From a candidate division FCPU426 bacterium (GTDB lineage: Bacteria; Oederibacteriota; Muellerivitia; Muellerivitales; Muellerivitaceae): a stretch of 64,000 nt of DNA. The stretch lies in NCBI GenBank assembly GCA_963847625.1, contig CAWKAR010000050.1:32001-96000 (forward strand), written 5' to 3'. The notes under the pieces are model-generated. The model made no database searches. It had not been told where the DNA came from and saw nothing but the letters and a program-made list of their open reading frames with translations. Made by a program: the position numbers and the translations under genes. This document shows, one piece after another, positions 19,300 through 29,193 of the stretch. Within the stretch, counting starts at the first letter, position 1, and every line of letters begins with the position of its first letter.

Positions 19300-19453
19300 A
19301 GACATAATTGTTTCGGTCGTTAGGTTAAACGCCCTACTTCATGTGGTGGGTCAAATTCCCATTTGGGTTGCAAAACAGGCTGTTTTTTGAAGATAATGTT
19401 CCCGCTTCAACTGTTGGTGGTTTTATTTATGATCCGACTGTTAAAGGAATGGA

Positions 19454-20386
19454 ATGGCTCACGATTTCACAATAACCTTCCGGGGGGTCCGGGGAAGCAT
19501 CCCGGTGCCTGGCCCGACCACGCTTAAAATCGGGGGCAATACCTCCTGCGTGCAGGTGAACGTCCTGGATCACATCATCTTCCTGGATGCGGGCACTGGT
19601 ATCGTGAGCGCAGGCCAGCAAATGGTGCGGAATTTTTTCGCCAATCGCGAAAAGATCCGGCGGTTGAACACTACCATCTTGATTTCCCACACCCATCATG
19701 ACCATTTGATGGGCCTCCCCTTTTTTCCACCCCTCTTCATCGGCGACGCGTCCCTTTCCATCTATGGGCCCTCCATTTACGGCCCCGTCAACAGTCAGAC
19801 GGATATGAAGTACATCCTGGAAATGCTGATGGATCAAATGTTTTTTCCCATCGACCTGATGGAAACCGGTTCCCTCAAGAAAATCGAGACTCTAAGGCCC
19901 TTCGACCAAATCCTTCTGGCGAAGAATTCCGAACCCGAGCTGGCCAACCTCCAGACCGAGATCAAGACTACCTTCAAGGATAAGGTCATCGTCAGCCAGT
20001 ACAGGGCCTACAACCACCCCAAGAACGGCACGCTGGTGTATAAACTCCAATACGCGGGAAAATCCGTCGTTTACGCCACGGACATCGAGGGTTACGCGGA
20101 AGGTGACCGGCGGCTTATCCAATTTGCACGCGGGGCGGACATTCTTATCCACGACGCGCAATACACATTGGAGCAATACACAGGGCCGGTTCCCACCCAG
20201 GGTTTCGGCCACTCCACGGCGGAAATGGCCTGCCAGGTGGCGCGGGAGGCGGGAGTGAAACAACTGGTGCTTTACCACCACGACCCCAACCACGACGACG
20301 CGGCCATCCTGCAAAAGGAAGAGAACGCCAAGAAGCTCTTTCCCAATACCGTGGCCGCGTTCGAAGGTTTGGTTCTGCTCGTTTAA
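19454..20386 (+). CDS. MBL-fold metallo-hydrolase
   Basis: GVRGSIP, GGNTSC, DAGTG, SHTHHDH, GHST, HHDP motifs. Confidence 0.92.
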   Translation: MAHDFTITFRGVRGSIPVPGPTTLKIGGNTSCVQVNVLDHIIFLDAGTGIVSAGQQMVRNFFANREKIRRLNTTILISHTHHDHLMGLPFFPPLFIGDASLSIYGPSIYGPVNSQTDMKYILEMLMDQMFFPIDLMETGSLKKIETLRPFDQILLAKNSEPELANLQTEIKTTFKDKVIVSQYRAYNHPKNGTLVYKLQYAGKSVVYATDIEGYAEGDRRLIQFARGADILIHDAQYTLEQYTGPVPTQGFGHSTAEMACQVAREAGVKQLVLYHHDPNHDDAAILQKEENAKKLFPNTVAAFEGLVLLV

Positions 20387-20528
20387 TCCCAGCCCCGTCC
20401 GGGCTTTGGTTCCCATGACGCTGGAATTTCTGCCGATCCCTTTATTCCCATGAAACCATACACGCGGAAAAATCCTTTTTTAAATGCTTGGGAAATGGGT
20501 GGGTTTTAACGGCTTCCGGAACGGCGGC

Positions 20529-21218
20529 TTAATTAGTCCTAAATCCCTTGATTTTGTTTCCAAGGTCATTAAGTTCCTCTTCGGTGGGTTCCGGCGCCGG
20601 GGACTGCAACACTTCCAACTGGTTGAAAAAATCGAAAAGAACGGACCAAAGCTCCTCTTTTGAAAATTTTTCCCGGTTCAGGAAATACCGCAGGTACAGT
20701 TGGAAACGCACGCTAGTTTCATATAGGACCGTAAAGGATATTCCTGCGAGATCGGAACTGACCAGGGGAAAGGCCTGGAGGATCACTTCCACCTCATCGA
20801 GGATCTTTTTCAAAAGTGCCCTTATGTCCAGAGCCTGGATGGCGTCGTAATAAACCGTGTCGAAATGATCGTGGGTAAGTTCGGGGCGGATCAAGACGTC
20901 ATATCTTTGGAAAGTGTCCTGGAAGGCTTTGCCGCCATCCCGGATTTCCGCCACCAACCCCCCTAAACGGGCCAGGTGAAGGATGAAATTGTTCCGTTCT
21001 AGTTCCAGGGTGGAAGCCAGCTCGTTGATGTATTGGATGTAGTCATAGGTGCCTCGGTAGCACTTCAAGAGGGCCGAAGCCATCTCCGAGGCCGTCTCAG
21101 CCTGCGACCCGCCCATACGGAGGCGGTTTTCCATCAGTCCCTGTAAATTTTTGCCAGGTTTCCAGCTTTTCAAGCCTTCCATTAATTGTTCGGCCGTGAT
21201 TCCGTCCATAGGCAACAC
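20529..21218 (-). CDS. Hypothetical protein, predicted all-helical
   Basis: 229-aa ORF with amphipathic helical pattern; no family recognised. Confidence 0.65.
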   Translation of the reverse strand: MLPMDGITAEQLMEGLKSWKPGKNLQGLMENRLRMGGSQAETASEMASALLKCYRGTYDYIQYINELASTLELERNNFILHLARLGGLVAEIRDGGKAFQDTFQRYDVLIRPELTHDHFDTVYYDAIQALDIRALLKKILDEVEVILQAFPLVSSDLAGISFTVLYETSVRFQLYLRYFLNREKFSKEELWSVLFDFFNQLEVLQSPAPEPTEEELNDLGNKIKGFRTN

Positions 21219-21403
21219 CTTATCACCAAACAGGCTCCAAGAAAACGGCCCTCTCCCTGAAACCGGGAAGGCGGGCCGCGCAGAGGAGGGGGTTTCCGGG
21301 GGTAACCTTTGGGTTCGTAGACATCAAGTGGGGCTTTGGGTAGACTACTCGCGCCCGACGTGGGATTTATCAAACGACAAAATGACAATGAAGGGAAGGA
21401 AAT

Positions 21404-22345
21404 ATGCCGTCACAACGTCCGAAAATCATCGTAGTGGGAGCCGGCAACGTGGGGGCTTCCTGCGCCGCCTGGATGGCTGAGAGGGACCTGGGAGACATCG
21501 TCCTTTTGGATATTCCGGCCGCCAAGGACATGCCCAAGGGAAAGGCCCTGGATCTTTTGCAGGCGGGCCTCATCTCCGGCTACAACGCGCGTTTGACCGG
21601 TACCACCGACTACGCGGACACGGCCCAATCGGATATCTGTGTGATCACCGCGGGCGTGCCCCGCAAGCCTGGAATGAGCCGGGAGGAACTGGTGGCTGTC
21701 AACCAGGGAATCGTGACCGAGGTGGCCAAGAAACTCACGGCCGGGTCGCCCGACACCATCCTGGTCGTGGTAACCAACCCCCTGGACACCATGTGCTATA
21801 CCGCCCTTAAAGCCTCCGGGCTCCCCAAGCACCGGGTCCTGGGCCAGGCGGGAATACTGGACTCGGCCCGCATGCGGGCCTTCCTGGCGCAAGCCGCCGG
21901 CGTGACCGTGGAAAGCGTTCATGCCGCCGTCATCGGCGGGCACGGCGACGAAATGGTGCCGCTGGCTCGCTATTCCACCATCGGGGGGGTTCCCATCTCC
22001 CATTTCCTGAAACCCGAGCAAGTCACCGCCATCATGGACCGCACGCGCAAGGGCGGCGGGGAGCTGGTGAGCCTGCTGGGGGTCAGCGCCTGGTACGCGC
22101 CGGGGGCCGCCGCAGGTTCCATGGTGGAGGCCATCCTGAGGGACAAGAAATTAGTGGCGCCCTGCTCGGCCTACCTGGAAGGGGAGTACGGCCTGAGGGA
22201 CATGTATTTCGGGGTTTATTGCGTCCTGGGCCGCAAGGGCCTGGAAAGGATCCTGGAGATCCCGCTGGACGCGGAGGAAAAAAAGATGGTCGAGAAATCA
22301 GCCTCCCTTATTCGCGATACCATGAAGGCGCTTAAGAATATCTAG
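21404..22345 (+). CDS. mdh: Malate dehydrogenase (LDH-like)
   Basis: GAGNVG, PRKPGMSR, VTNPLD, LDSAR, GGHGD motifs. Confidence 0.95.
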   Translation: MPSQRPKIIVVGAGNVGASCAAWMAERDLGDIVLLDIPAAKDMPKGKALDLLQAGLISGYNARLTGTTDYADTAQSDICVITAGVPRKPGMSREELVAVNQGIVTEVAKKLTAGSPDTILVVVTNPLDTMCYTALKASGLPKHRVLGQAGILDSARMRAFLAQAAGVTVESVHAAVIGGHGDEMVPLARYSTIGGVPISHFLKPEQVTAIMDRTRKGGGELVSLLGVSAWYAPGAAAGSMVEAILRDKKLVAPCSAYLEGEYGLRDMYFGVYCVLGRKGLERILEIPLDAEEKKMVEKSASLIRDTMKALKNI

Positions 22346-22381
22346 GGTTAGCAGAAAAAGTTCTAAATCGGTGGGGATAAC

Positions 22382-22774
22382 TTAAGAAATCTTGGCAGAG
22401 AGAACGGGGGCCTGCTTGCCAAAACCCTCGTTTAAAGCGGATTCCACGCTGGGGAAAAGCCGGACCCACTTGTTGAATTCCAACATCTCGAAAGTGTCGT
22501 GGATCTCAGGTGGCATAGCCGCCAGGAGGATGTCCCCCCTCGATAAGCGCACGCGAGCGTGGAAAACCAGCAACGCCTTCCAAGCCTGCCCGCTGAAGTA
22601 TTTGGCCCCTGAAAGATCCAGGATGATTTTTTTCGAGGTCGATTTGTCAAAAGCGGCCTGAAGGGCTTTGTCGAATTCCGGCAGGGTGGCGGCGTAAACA
22701 AAGCCGGTCACTTTCAGGACTCCCACTCCGCCGTACTGTGAATGAAGATTGACATCGAAAGAGAAATTTTCCAT
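22382..22774 (-). CDS. STAS domain protein (anti-sigma-factor antagonist-like)
   Basis: IILDLSGAKYFSG-type STAS motif and size. Confidence 0.8.
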   Translation of the reverse strand: MENFSFDVNLHSQYGGVGVLKVTGFVYAATLPEFDKALQAAFDKSTSKKIILDLSGAKYFSGQAWKALLVFHARVRLSRGDILLAAMPPEIHDTFEMLEFNKWVRLFPSVESALNEGFGKQAPVLSAKIS

Positions 22775-23004
22775 TGAACCCTCGGAACCGGAATGGGGCG
22801 CGCTAACTTGAAACTAACTATAGTGGGGGACTCCCGCAGAAACCTAGTCAAAACGACTCGAATTTAGGAAATCGATTAGTCTGATGGCCGAAAAAAATGC
22901 TTCATTCCCGCAACAAAAGTTTCGAAAAAAGGTTTATCCTTTTCCAACGGTCGAATAGTTGTGACAGCCATCGGTAAAAATGAGAGAAGAGGGCGGAAAA
23001 AAAG

Positions 23005-23847
23005 ATGTTAAATCGTTTTCAGGTTGTTCAACCCGCTGAAAGTCAAATCCGGCACGTTCTTGCAAAAATCCGGGACAACCGGGCGGCTCTTTTGGCTGGC
23101 GGTAACAGAGATGAAATCCATGATTTCCGGGTCGGCTTAAGGAGTTTAAGGACCTACCTGCGACTTGCCCGGAAACTTTGGAGCGCGGCGCTAGTGGAGC
23201 CAATCCGGAATCAGTTGAAAAGGCTACAGCGAGCCACCAGTATTTTCCAAGACGAGATCGCCCAAGACAAAGTCATCCGAACGGCCCTGCGCGCCCTCGG
23301 CTTAATACAAGCCGCCCGCCCATGGCTGGATGAGCGTAAGGAATATCTCGAGAGCCAGAGGGAGAAAGCCAAAGAGGTGATCTGCGCTCCTGGGGTCGAG
23401 AAACTCCTAAAACGGGCGGAAACTCTACTGGCCCCTCTGGCGGGTTTGGAAATTGCGTCCGGCAGAATCAAAAATTTGAGAAAGGCCTATCGGGAGGAGC
23501 GAAAACGGTTCAAAAAACGCTTGAAAGCCCATGAAGAAGGTGAGAAGGACGATACCACGCTCCACCGCCTCAGGATCCGGGCGAAACGTCTGCGTTACAG
23601 CCTGGAAGGATTCGGTTTCCTCGACCCGCGCCGTAGGCAATGGCTCCACCCGCGAACCAAGGCATTCCAAAAAGCAGTCGGGGATTTGAGGGACACCGTG
23701 GGCGCCCTGGGGGTTGTGGCAAGGGATAACCGGATTCCCTACAAGGTTCGGATACCGCTCAAGAGGGAGTTGTCAAAACGGGAAGCCTTGTGCCGGACGG
23801 ATATTGATAAAATTCTCAACGCCTTTGCTCGGTTGAAGGCGCGTTGA
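23005..23847 (+). CDS. CHAD domain protein (polyphosphate-binding family)
   Basis: IHDFRVGLRSLR and LHRLRIRAKRLRY motifs. Confidence 0.88.
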   Translation: MLNRFQVVQPAESQIRHVLAKIRDNRAALLAGGNRDEIHDFRVGLRSLRTYLRLARKLWSAALVEPIRNQLKRLQRATSIFQDEIAQDKVIRTALRALGLIQAARPWLDERKEYLESQREKAKEVICAPGVEKLLKRAETLLAPLAGLEIASGRIKNLRKAYREERKRFKKRLKAHEEGEKDDTTLHRLRIRAKRLRYSLEGFGFLDPRRRQWLHPRTKAFQKAVGDLRDTVGALGVVARDNRIPYKVRIPLKRELSKREALCRTDIDKILNAFARLKAR

Positions 23848-23919
23848 ACACAGCGCTCAGAGGTTCGTCACCGGATGTTTTTAATAACCCGGTTTTGGAC
23901 TTGGAGTGGATCGGGATTG

Positions 23920-23993
23920 TGCCGATCATCTATAAAAATATATCGAGATTGGTACTATACCAACCTCCTTGAATAAATTATGGATAGTTGGCA
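23920..23993 (-). mobile_element. Double-hairpin miniature element, copy 3, inserted in a gene 3' end
   Basis: TGCC...GGCA, 74 bp, flanked by TG/TG; supplies the stop codon of the 23978-26089 CDS. Confidence 0.75.
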
Positions 23994-26089
23994 TGGGCCG
24001 CAAGCTCATCCAACTTTTGAAGGAGTTGGGGAGGAGGTTGGTAAATCGAATCCCACTTGGCTGCCTCCAGAAGGGCTTTTTTCGCCTCCGAGTAACGTTC
24101 CGCCTTCCCGAAAATCTGAGCCAGGTTGTAGTTCAACAGGCCGTTAGACCCGAAGCTCAAAGCTTTTTGAAAAGTTGTAAGGGCCAGAGTGTATTTCTTA
24201 TCCCAATAATAATTGTTGGCCAGCTTGCCCCAATAATAAAACTTGAGGAAGGAATCGCCCTGAAAGTCCGATTCCCTGTCCAATAGATACCGGATGGGTT
24301 TGTCCAGTGGTTGGGTAAAAGGATGGTCCAAAAGCAAAAAGTTCAATTCCCGCAGGTCCCGGTCCGCCTGGTTCCAACCCTCCAGGATTTTTCGGTTGGC
24401 GGGGTTCAAGGGGATAATGGCTTGAAGGTTGGAATCAGAGGGGGAAGGGCTTTTCCAGTCGGTAAAAACGGCATCAGGAAACAGCCTTGTTAAATGGGGG
24501 CGGCATCCATCGTCCGCGATGATTGCGGCCCAGGAAACTTTTCCGGAATCCAATGAAGGGTTAGCCAGGGTGTTGAATGAATAAGTCCCCACGTTCAAAT
24601 AAACCGGGAGCCATTCATCCATGGAAAAATCCGAATAAACCAAACCGGGACCGGAGGTTTGGCTGTGTTTCTTGAGGCTTTCGCATAGGGCGACCCTCGG
24701 ATTCGTGTCCGAAAAATCCCGGTTGGCGACGGCCATTGATTTTTCCAGGGTGACGTGGTCCAGGCCAATCGAAAGGAAAAAAACGGGAAGAATGAATGCA
24801 AATCTCGCTGGCCCATTGGGAAGTCCCCCCAGAACAGCTCCCAAACCCAAGGCCATGGTGGCGATGAAGAGGGGAAGAAGCGGCGCCAGATGATAACCAT
24901 TGATGTTGTTGGCCAGCAGGCAGGGCAGGAAAAGCACGGCGGCGCTTCCAGCCATCCATTTCGCCAGGGGGTGCCAGCGGAGGCGCCACCATTCCGCCGT
25001 CCCCATGAAGAAAAGGCTTCCCAGAATCGGATTCAAGAGGCCTCCCCAGCCGGAGTTGTACAGGAAATACCAGGGCTGGCCAGTCCAGAAAAGGTTGGTG
25101 AAGAGAAAGGCGTTTTGCCAGTAGTGCCAATGGTAAGTCTCGTCGCCCTTTTGGTTGAAAGCGAAAAGGATCCTGATATAAGCGCCGAAATTTTCCCTCA
25201 GGGCCGCAATCGCCAGGGGCAGGACCGTGAGAAAAGCGGCCGCCAGGAAAAGGAAGAGGTCCCATTTCCGGTTGGGCCAGGAACGGCGGAAGAACCAGCC
25301 GAGGGTAAGAATGACGCAAAGGGCTATCAGGGGCCAGGCGAAATAAGTGTAAAAACCCAGCCCCAGGCAAAACCCCAGAAAAATCGAAAGCGCCGGATGA
25401 TTACGATTTGAATCCGCGCTCAAGAACTTGGCCAGGATCCAGAATGCCAGGGCCTGACAGAAAACCATGAGGACGGCGTTGTGAGAAAAACGCCCGATAT
25501 AAACCGGCCAAAAGCTGATTCCCAATAAGACTAAGCACAAGAATGAGAAGGACTTGGAAAAAAACACGCGAAAGGCCCGGTAATAAATAACAATGGCGAG
25601 AAAGGAGAGGAAAGCGGGAACCAGCCAAAGATTCTGGAAAGAGACACCTCCGAATTTGAATTCTTCTGTTAATAGCCAGAGATAAAGAGGCGGTAATTGG
25701 CTGGAGTAATAAAAAAAAGGCCAGCCCCCATGGCCGTTCAGGTGGATCGCGCTATAGGCGTTCACGATTTCGTCCAGGATGGGAAAGGAAAGAAAAGAAG
25801 TCAGCTTGTAAAGGCGGACAACGAGGGCCAAACCCAGGATTAAATAAATCCACCAGATTACTGGAGTGAAAAGTTCCCGGGTGAAAAGGGGTTGTTCCTG
25901 CAGCGGGGCGGGTGGCTGGTTTTTCAAATAGAAAAAACCCAAGATCCCGAAGCCCAAAAGTCCCACCGCCAGTTTGATACCCCAATCCAGGGGCGAATAA
26001 GCCAGGAGGGTGTTGAGAGCCGCCAGAAGCGTGAAGAAGACGGCGGGCCTGGAAAAGAGGGCGGCCAAGATTAACCCGCTTACCGGCAA
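23978..26089 (-). CDS. GT-C fold (ArnT/PMT-like) membrane glycosyltransferase with C-terminal TPR
   Basis: Many TM helices, RLYKL...DE in the first loop, PPLY motif, TPR-like C-terminus. Confidence 0.75.
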   Translation of the reverse strand: MPVSGLILAALFSRPAVFFTLLAALNTLLAYSPLDWGIKLAVGLLGFGILGFFYLKNQPPAPLQEQPLFTRELFTPVIWWIYLILGLALVVRLYKLTSFLSFPILDEIVNAYSAIHLNGHGGWPFFYYSSQLPPLYLWLLTEEFKFGGVSFQNLWLVPAFLSFLAIVIYYRAFRVFFSKSFSFLCLVLLGISFWPVYIGRFSHNAVLMVFCQALAFWILAKFLSADSNRNHPALSIFLGFCLGLGFYTYFAWPLIALCVILTLGWFFRRSWPNRKWDLFLFLAAAFLTVLPLAIAALRENFGAYIRILFAFNQKGDETYHWHYWQNAFLFTNLFWTGQPWYFLYNSGWGGLLNPILGSLFFMGTAEWWRLRWHPLAKWMAGSAAVLFLPCLLANNINGYHLAPLLPLFIATMALGLGAVLGGLPNGPARFAFILPVFFLSIGLDHVTLEKSMAVANRDFSDTNPRVALCESLKKHSQTSGPGLVYSDFSMDEWLPVYLNVGTYSFNTLANPSLDSGKVSWAAIIADDGCRPHLTRLFPDAVFTDWKSPSPSDSNLQAIIPLNPANRKILEGWNQADRDLRELNFLLLDHPFTQPLDKPIRYLLDRESDFQGDSFLKFYYWGKLANNYYWDKKYTLALTTFQKALSFGSNGLLNYNLAQIFGKAERYSEAKKALLEAAKWDSIYQPPPQLLQKLDELAAHANYP

Positions 26090-27666
26090 ACGAAGAGCGT
26101 GGCGGACAAGGGCGGCAAGTTCATGTCGAATTGGTTGTTGCTGAGCTTGCCCGGTTTTTCCGCCTTGATCTCCGGGGAGTGGGAATCAAACCCATAGCAG
26201 GTGTAACCGGCGAATTCGGAATTTGACTGAATCTTGAATTTGCCGTGGACCGCGTCCTTCTGGTTCTTGTTGAGGACCAATACCCACAGCACTCCCGGAG
26301 TCTTCGGATCGGTGGAGGCGTAAATCGAGGTTTGGGCGACGTCCTCAGTGGCGGCGGAAACCGAGGTTCCGCCAAAGGCGGCCCCGTTCCCGTCGTAATT
26401 GCGGTAAATCTTGAAAGCGGCCCGGTTGTAGGGTTTCAAATCACCCCAATAGTTGGCCATGAAAACCGAGTTTTTCCCGAAGATGCCCAGGACGTCCGCC
26501 TGGGCCAGGCCGCCGGAAACGTGGTTGCCCGCCCCGTAGTCGTATTCGGTGAAAGCAAGCTTGGTGCCGGGATAGCGGGTGTCGATCTTCTCCTTGACCC
26601 AGGGGATCAAAGTGATGGGTTGGCCCTTGGTGGAATACTGGGTGATCCAGCTCTTCTCCACGTAGCCCGGGTCCCAGAGACTGCGCGGGGCCTGTAGCCG
26701 CGCCTCCACGCTCTCGGGGGAAGTGTCACCCTCGGTGATGCGCTTGCCCCCTCCCTGGGCTTCGGGATACCAGTGAAGGTCCAAAACGTGCAGAAGGCGC
26801 TGGTGGTCCCTGCTTTCCAGGTATTTCATTTGGTCCAGGTAAAAGTCCAGGAAACTCCCGAACTGCTTGTTGATGTCCGCCGCGTCGGGGGAATCCTGGA
26901 GGGTAAGAAACTCCTGCCAGCCGTAGCACACGGGGCCGAAAATCATGGCTGTGGGGTCCACTTTCAAAATGCCGAGGGCCGTCAACTCGGTGGCATTCAC
27001 CATCTCCCAGTACCCGGTTTTCCGGGGATGGATGCGGGGATGGGTGGAAGGCCAGAGGGCGGGCTCATTATCCAAGTCATAGAACCTCACGCCCCCCTCC
27101 AAGCCTTTCTTGTAGTTGGCGGTCAGGAAATTCACGAACTCGTCGACGTAAACCGCGGGAGCGTCAGGGTCCGGGGTCAGGGAGAAAGCCCTTTCCTTGC
27201 GGGGCAATACCTTTTTCCAGCGGGGAGAGGGCGCGGTTTCTTTCTCGCTGACCTCCCCCTTCTTGTCAGTGGAGACGTAACCCGCCATTTGGACAGTCAC
27301 GAGGGATTCCATGCCGGCCTTTTGGTTGGCCTCCACGAAATGGCGGACGAAGGCTCCCGGCTGGTCGCAGTCGGTGTAATGGTGGTCGTCGCAAAGCCAG
27401 TTGTCGCTCACATGGTGCCAGTCGTTGCCGGCGTTGGAGGCGTTGGTGACCCAGTTGTACCCCGTCAAGCGGTTTCCTCCCAGGCGCCGCACCGTGGCGT
27501 GGGTTTCGAGGGGGTCCGTGTCGTTCAGGCCGTAGACATAAGGGCTGATGGGGCCGATGACTTCCTCTGGCATCACCAAAAAGTTGATGTCGGCGGCGCG
27601 GGCTCCGGAAAGGAAAAGCCACAAGGCTGGAAGAAGGCACCACTGGAGAATTTTTCGAATTGGCAT
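26080..27666 (-). CDS. Secreted glycoside hydrolase family 44 (endoglucanase/xyloglucanase-like)
   Basis: Signal peptide; RLGGNRLTGYNW, LDNEPALW (acid/base Glu), LDLHWYP, LAFTEY (nucleophile Glu). Confidence 0.9.
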   Translation of the reverse strand: MPIRKILQWCLLPALWLFLSGARAADINFLVMPEEVIGPISPYVYGLNDTDPLETHATVRRLGGNRLTGYNWVTNASNAGNDWHHVSDNWLCDDHHYTDCDQPGAFVRHFVEANQKAGMESLVTVQMAGYVSTDKKGEVSEKETAPSPRWKKVLPRKERAFSLTPDPDAPAVYVDEFVNFLTANYKKGLEGGVRFYDLDNEPALWPSTHPRIHPRKTGYWEMVNATELTALGILKVDPTAMIFGPVCYGWQEFLTLQDSPDAADINKQFGSFLDFYLDQMKYLESRDHQRLLHVLDLHWYPEAQGGGKRITEGDTSPESVEARLQAPRSLWDPGYVEKSWITQYSTKGQPITLIPWVKEKIDTRYPGTKLAFTEYDYGAGNHVSGGLAQADVLGIFGKNSVFMANYWGDLKPYNRAAFKIYRNYDGNGAAFGGTSVSAATEDVAQTSIYASTDPKTPGVLWVLVLNKNQKDAVHGKFKIQSNSEFAGYTCYGFDSHSPEIKAEKPGKLSNNQFDMNLPPLSATLFVCR

Positions 27667-27778
27667 GGGATGCTCCTGACTGGTCCGGGATGAAGGTAAA
27701 AACCCGGCTCATAATAGCTCAAGGGCCGCCTTTATCCCACCAGAAGGGAAGATAGTCCTTCGGCGCCAGACCCCGCGT

Positions 27779-29134
27779 TTAGTACCGGCTTCCCGGGCGG
27801 CGTTCCCCCAAAAGCTTATAGTTTTTTTCCGAGATCGCCTTTTGAACCAGGGGCCTGTTCAAGTAAAGGGACTGGGTGCGCATCATTTCCATCAAGTATC
27901 CACCTTGGAACCAGAGACTGGCCGCGAGGCAAGCGATGCCGGCCCACCGCCAAAGGGCTTTTCGAGACAAGCGCGCCCAAGCGTAAAAGGAATAAACCGC
28001 CAACAGGGGCATCAGGATATAGAAGGAGGTGGCGGAGGTTCCCTTGGCGTTGAACCAGAAGGCGGCCCAGGCCAGGAAAAAACCGAAAAAGGCCGCCCAA
28101 ACCGCCGGCCGGGCTTCGGGATGCCGGTCATCCTTGAACCAGCGATCCATCCCCCGGGTGAGAAGCCGGATATTCATGTTGACGCAAAGGTATAGGAACA
28201 GGACCAAGGGTTGCAGCCAACCGGCTAAGAGCAGAAAAACCGCCGGAAGGATCAGCCAGGGGGCGTTTTCCAGGAAAAGTAAACGAAAATGCGTGTTCGC
28301 ACCCAGGGACTTGGGTATCTCAAAGGAGACGATGGAAAAATACCGGGCCAGGACCGTGAAAAAAGCCAGGAAATTTTCCCGGTTGAAACCCACCGCCAGG
28401 CCCATTCCCCCCGCCTCCTGATGGATTCCATAACGAATCCAAGTGGGAATGAGAAAAACCAGGGGAAAAAACGATCCCAAAATAAATCCCTCAGTTTCCG
28501 GCGCCCATTTCATTTTTCCCCGGCGCCACCTGAGGAGGATAGCCAAGACGATAAAGGGGGGCAGAAGAATCCAGGAATAATGGAACTGCATATTCCAGAA
28601 AAGGCCGAAGCCCATCCAGGCGAAAGCGAACTTGGGGGAAAAGAGTCCGATCGTAAGCTCCGGTGTTGCCTCCAAAAAACCTATGAAAAAGGGGATGCTG
28701 CCGAACAATAAATAGGATGTATTAATGGTATTGGCTGAGATGTGGAGGTTCCAAGGAAGAAAGGAGAGCCAAACGAGGGTGAAGGCAAAGGGGATTTCGG
28801 GGACGCGTTTTGTGATGTACCAGGCCAGGAATCCCAAGGCCCCCATCGAAAGCAAGTTCAGCAAAATAAAAGGGGCTTCGGGGATGGCCCAGAGATGGAA
28901 GGGAAGTCCGGTCAAGAGGCCCTCCAGCGCCCCTGGAATCTGGGATTCGAAATTTTTCTCCAGCCAGAACAGGTCGGGGCCGAAATAAGGCCAGGTGCCG
29001 GTCGAATAGCACTTCAGCCCGATGAGGTAGGTTTGCAACTCATCCGTGGAGAAGAAGGGCTGGGAAAGCCCGAAGGCCAGCCGGAAGGCGAACAAGAATA
29101 AAAACAAGAAAAAGAATTTTAACCGGTTCGACAA
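27779..29134 (-). CDS. Polytopic membrane protein, putative GT-C glycosyltransferase (paralog 3)
   Basis: DELQTYLIGLK, WPYFGPD, QIPGALE, MQFHYSW, LGERRPGS shared with both neighbours; TTG start with AGGAGG RBS. Confidence 0.6.
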   Translation of the reverse strand: MSNRLKFFFLFLFLFAFRLAFGLSQPFFSTDELQTYLIGLKCYSTGTWPYFGPDLFWLEKNFESQIPGALEGLLTGLPFHLWAIPEAPFILLNLLSMGALGFLAWYITKRVPEIPFAFTLVWLSFLPWNLHISANTINTSYLLFGSIPFFIGFLEATPELTIGLFSPKFAFAWMGFGLFWNMQFHYSWILLPPFIVLAILLRWRRGKMKWAPETEGFILGSFFPLVFLIPTWIRYGIHQEAGGMGLAVGFNRENFLAFFTVLARYFSIVSFEIPKSLGANTHFRLLFLENAPWLILPAVFLLLAGWLQPLVLFLYLCVNMNIRLLTRGMDRWFKDDRHPEARPAVWAAFFGFFLAWAAFWFNAKGTSATSFYILMPLLAVYSFYAWARLSRKALWRWAGIACLAASLWFQGGYLMEMMRTQSLYLNRPLVQKAISEKNYKLLGERRPGSRY

Positions 29135-29193
29135 GAACCCTCCTGGAAACTTTATTTTTAAATTTTAAATGAATGGGCGGTTGAAATCACTTT

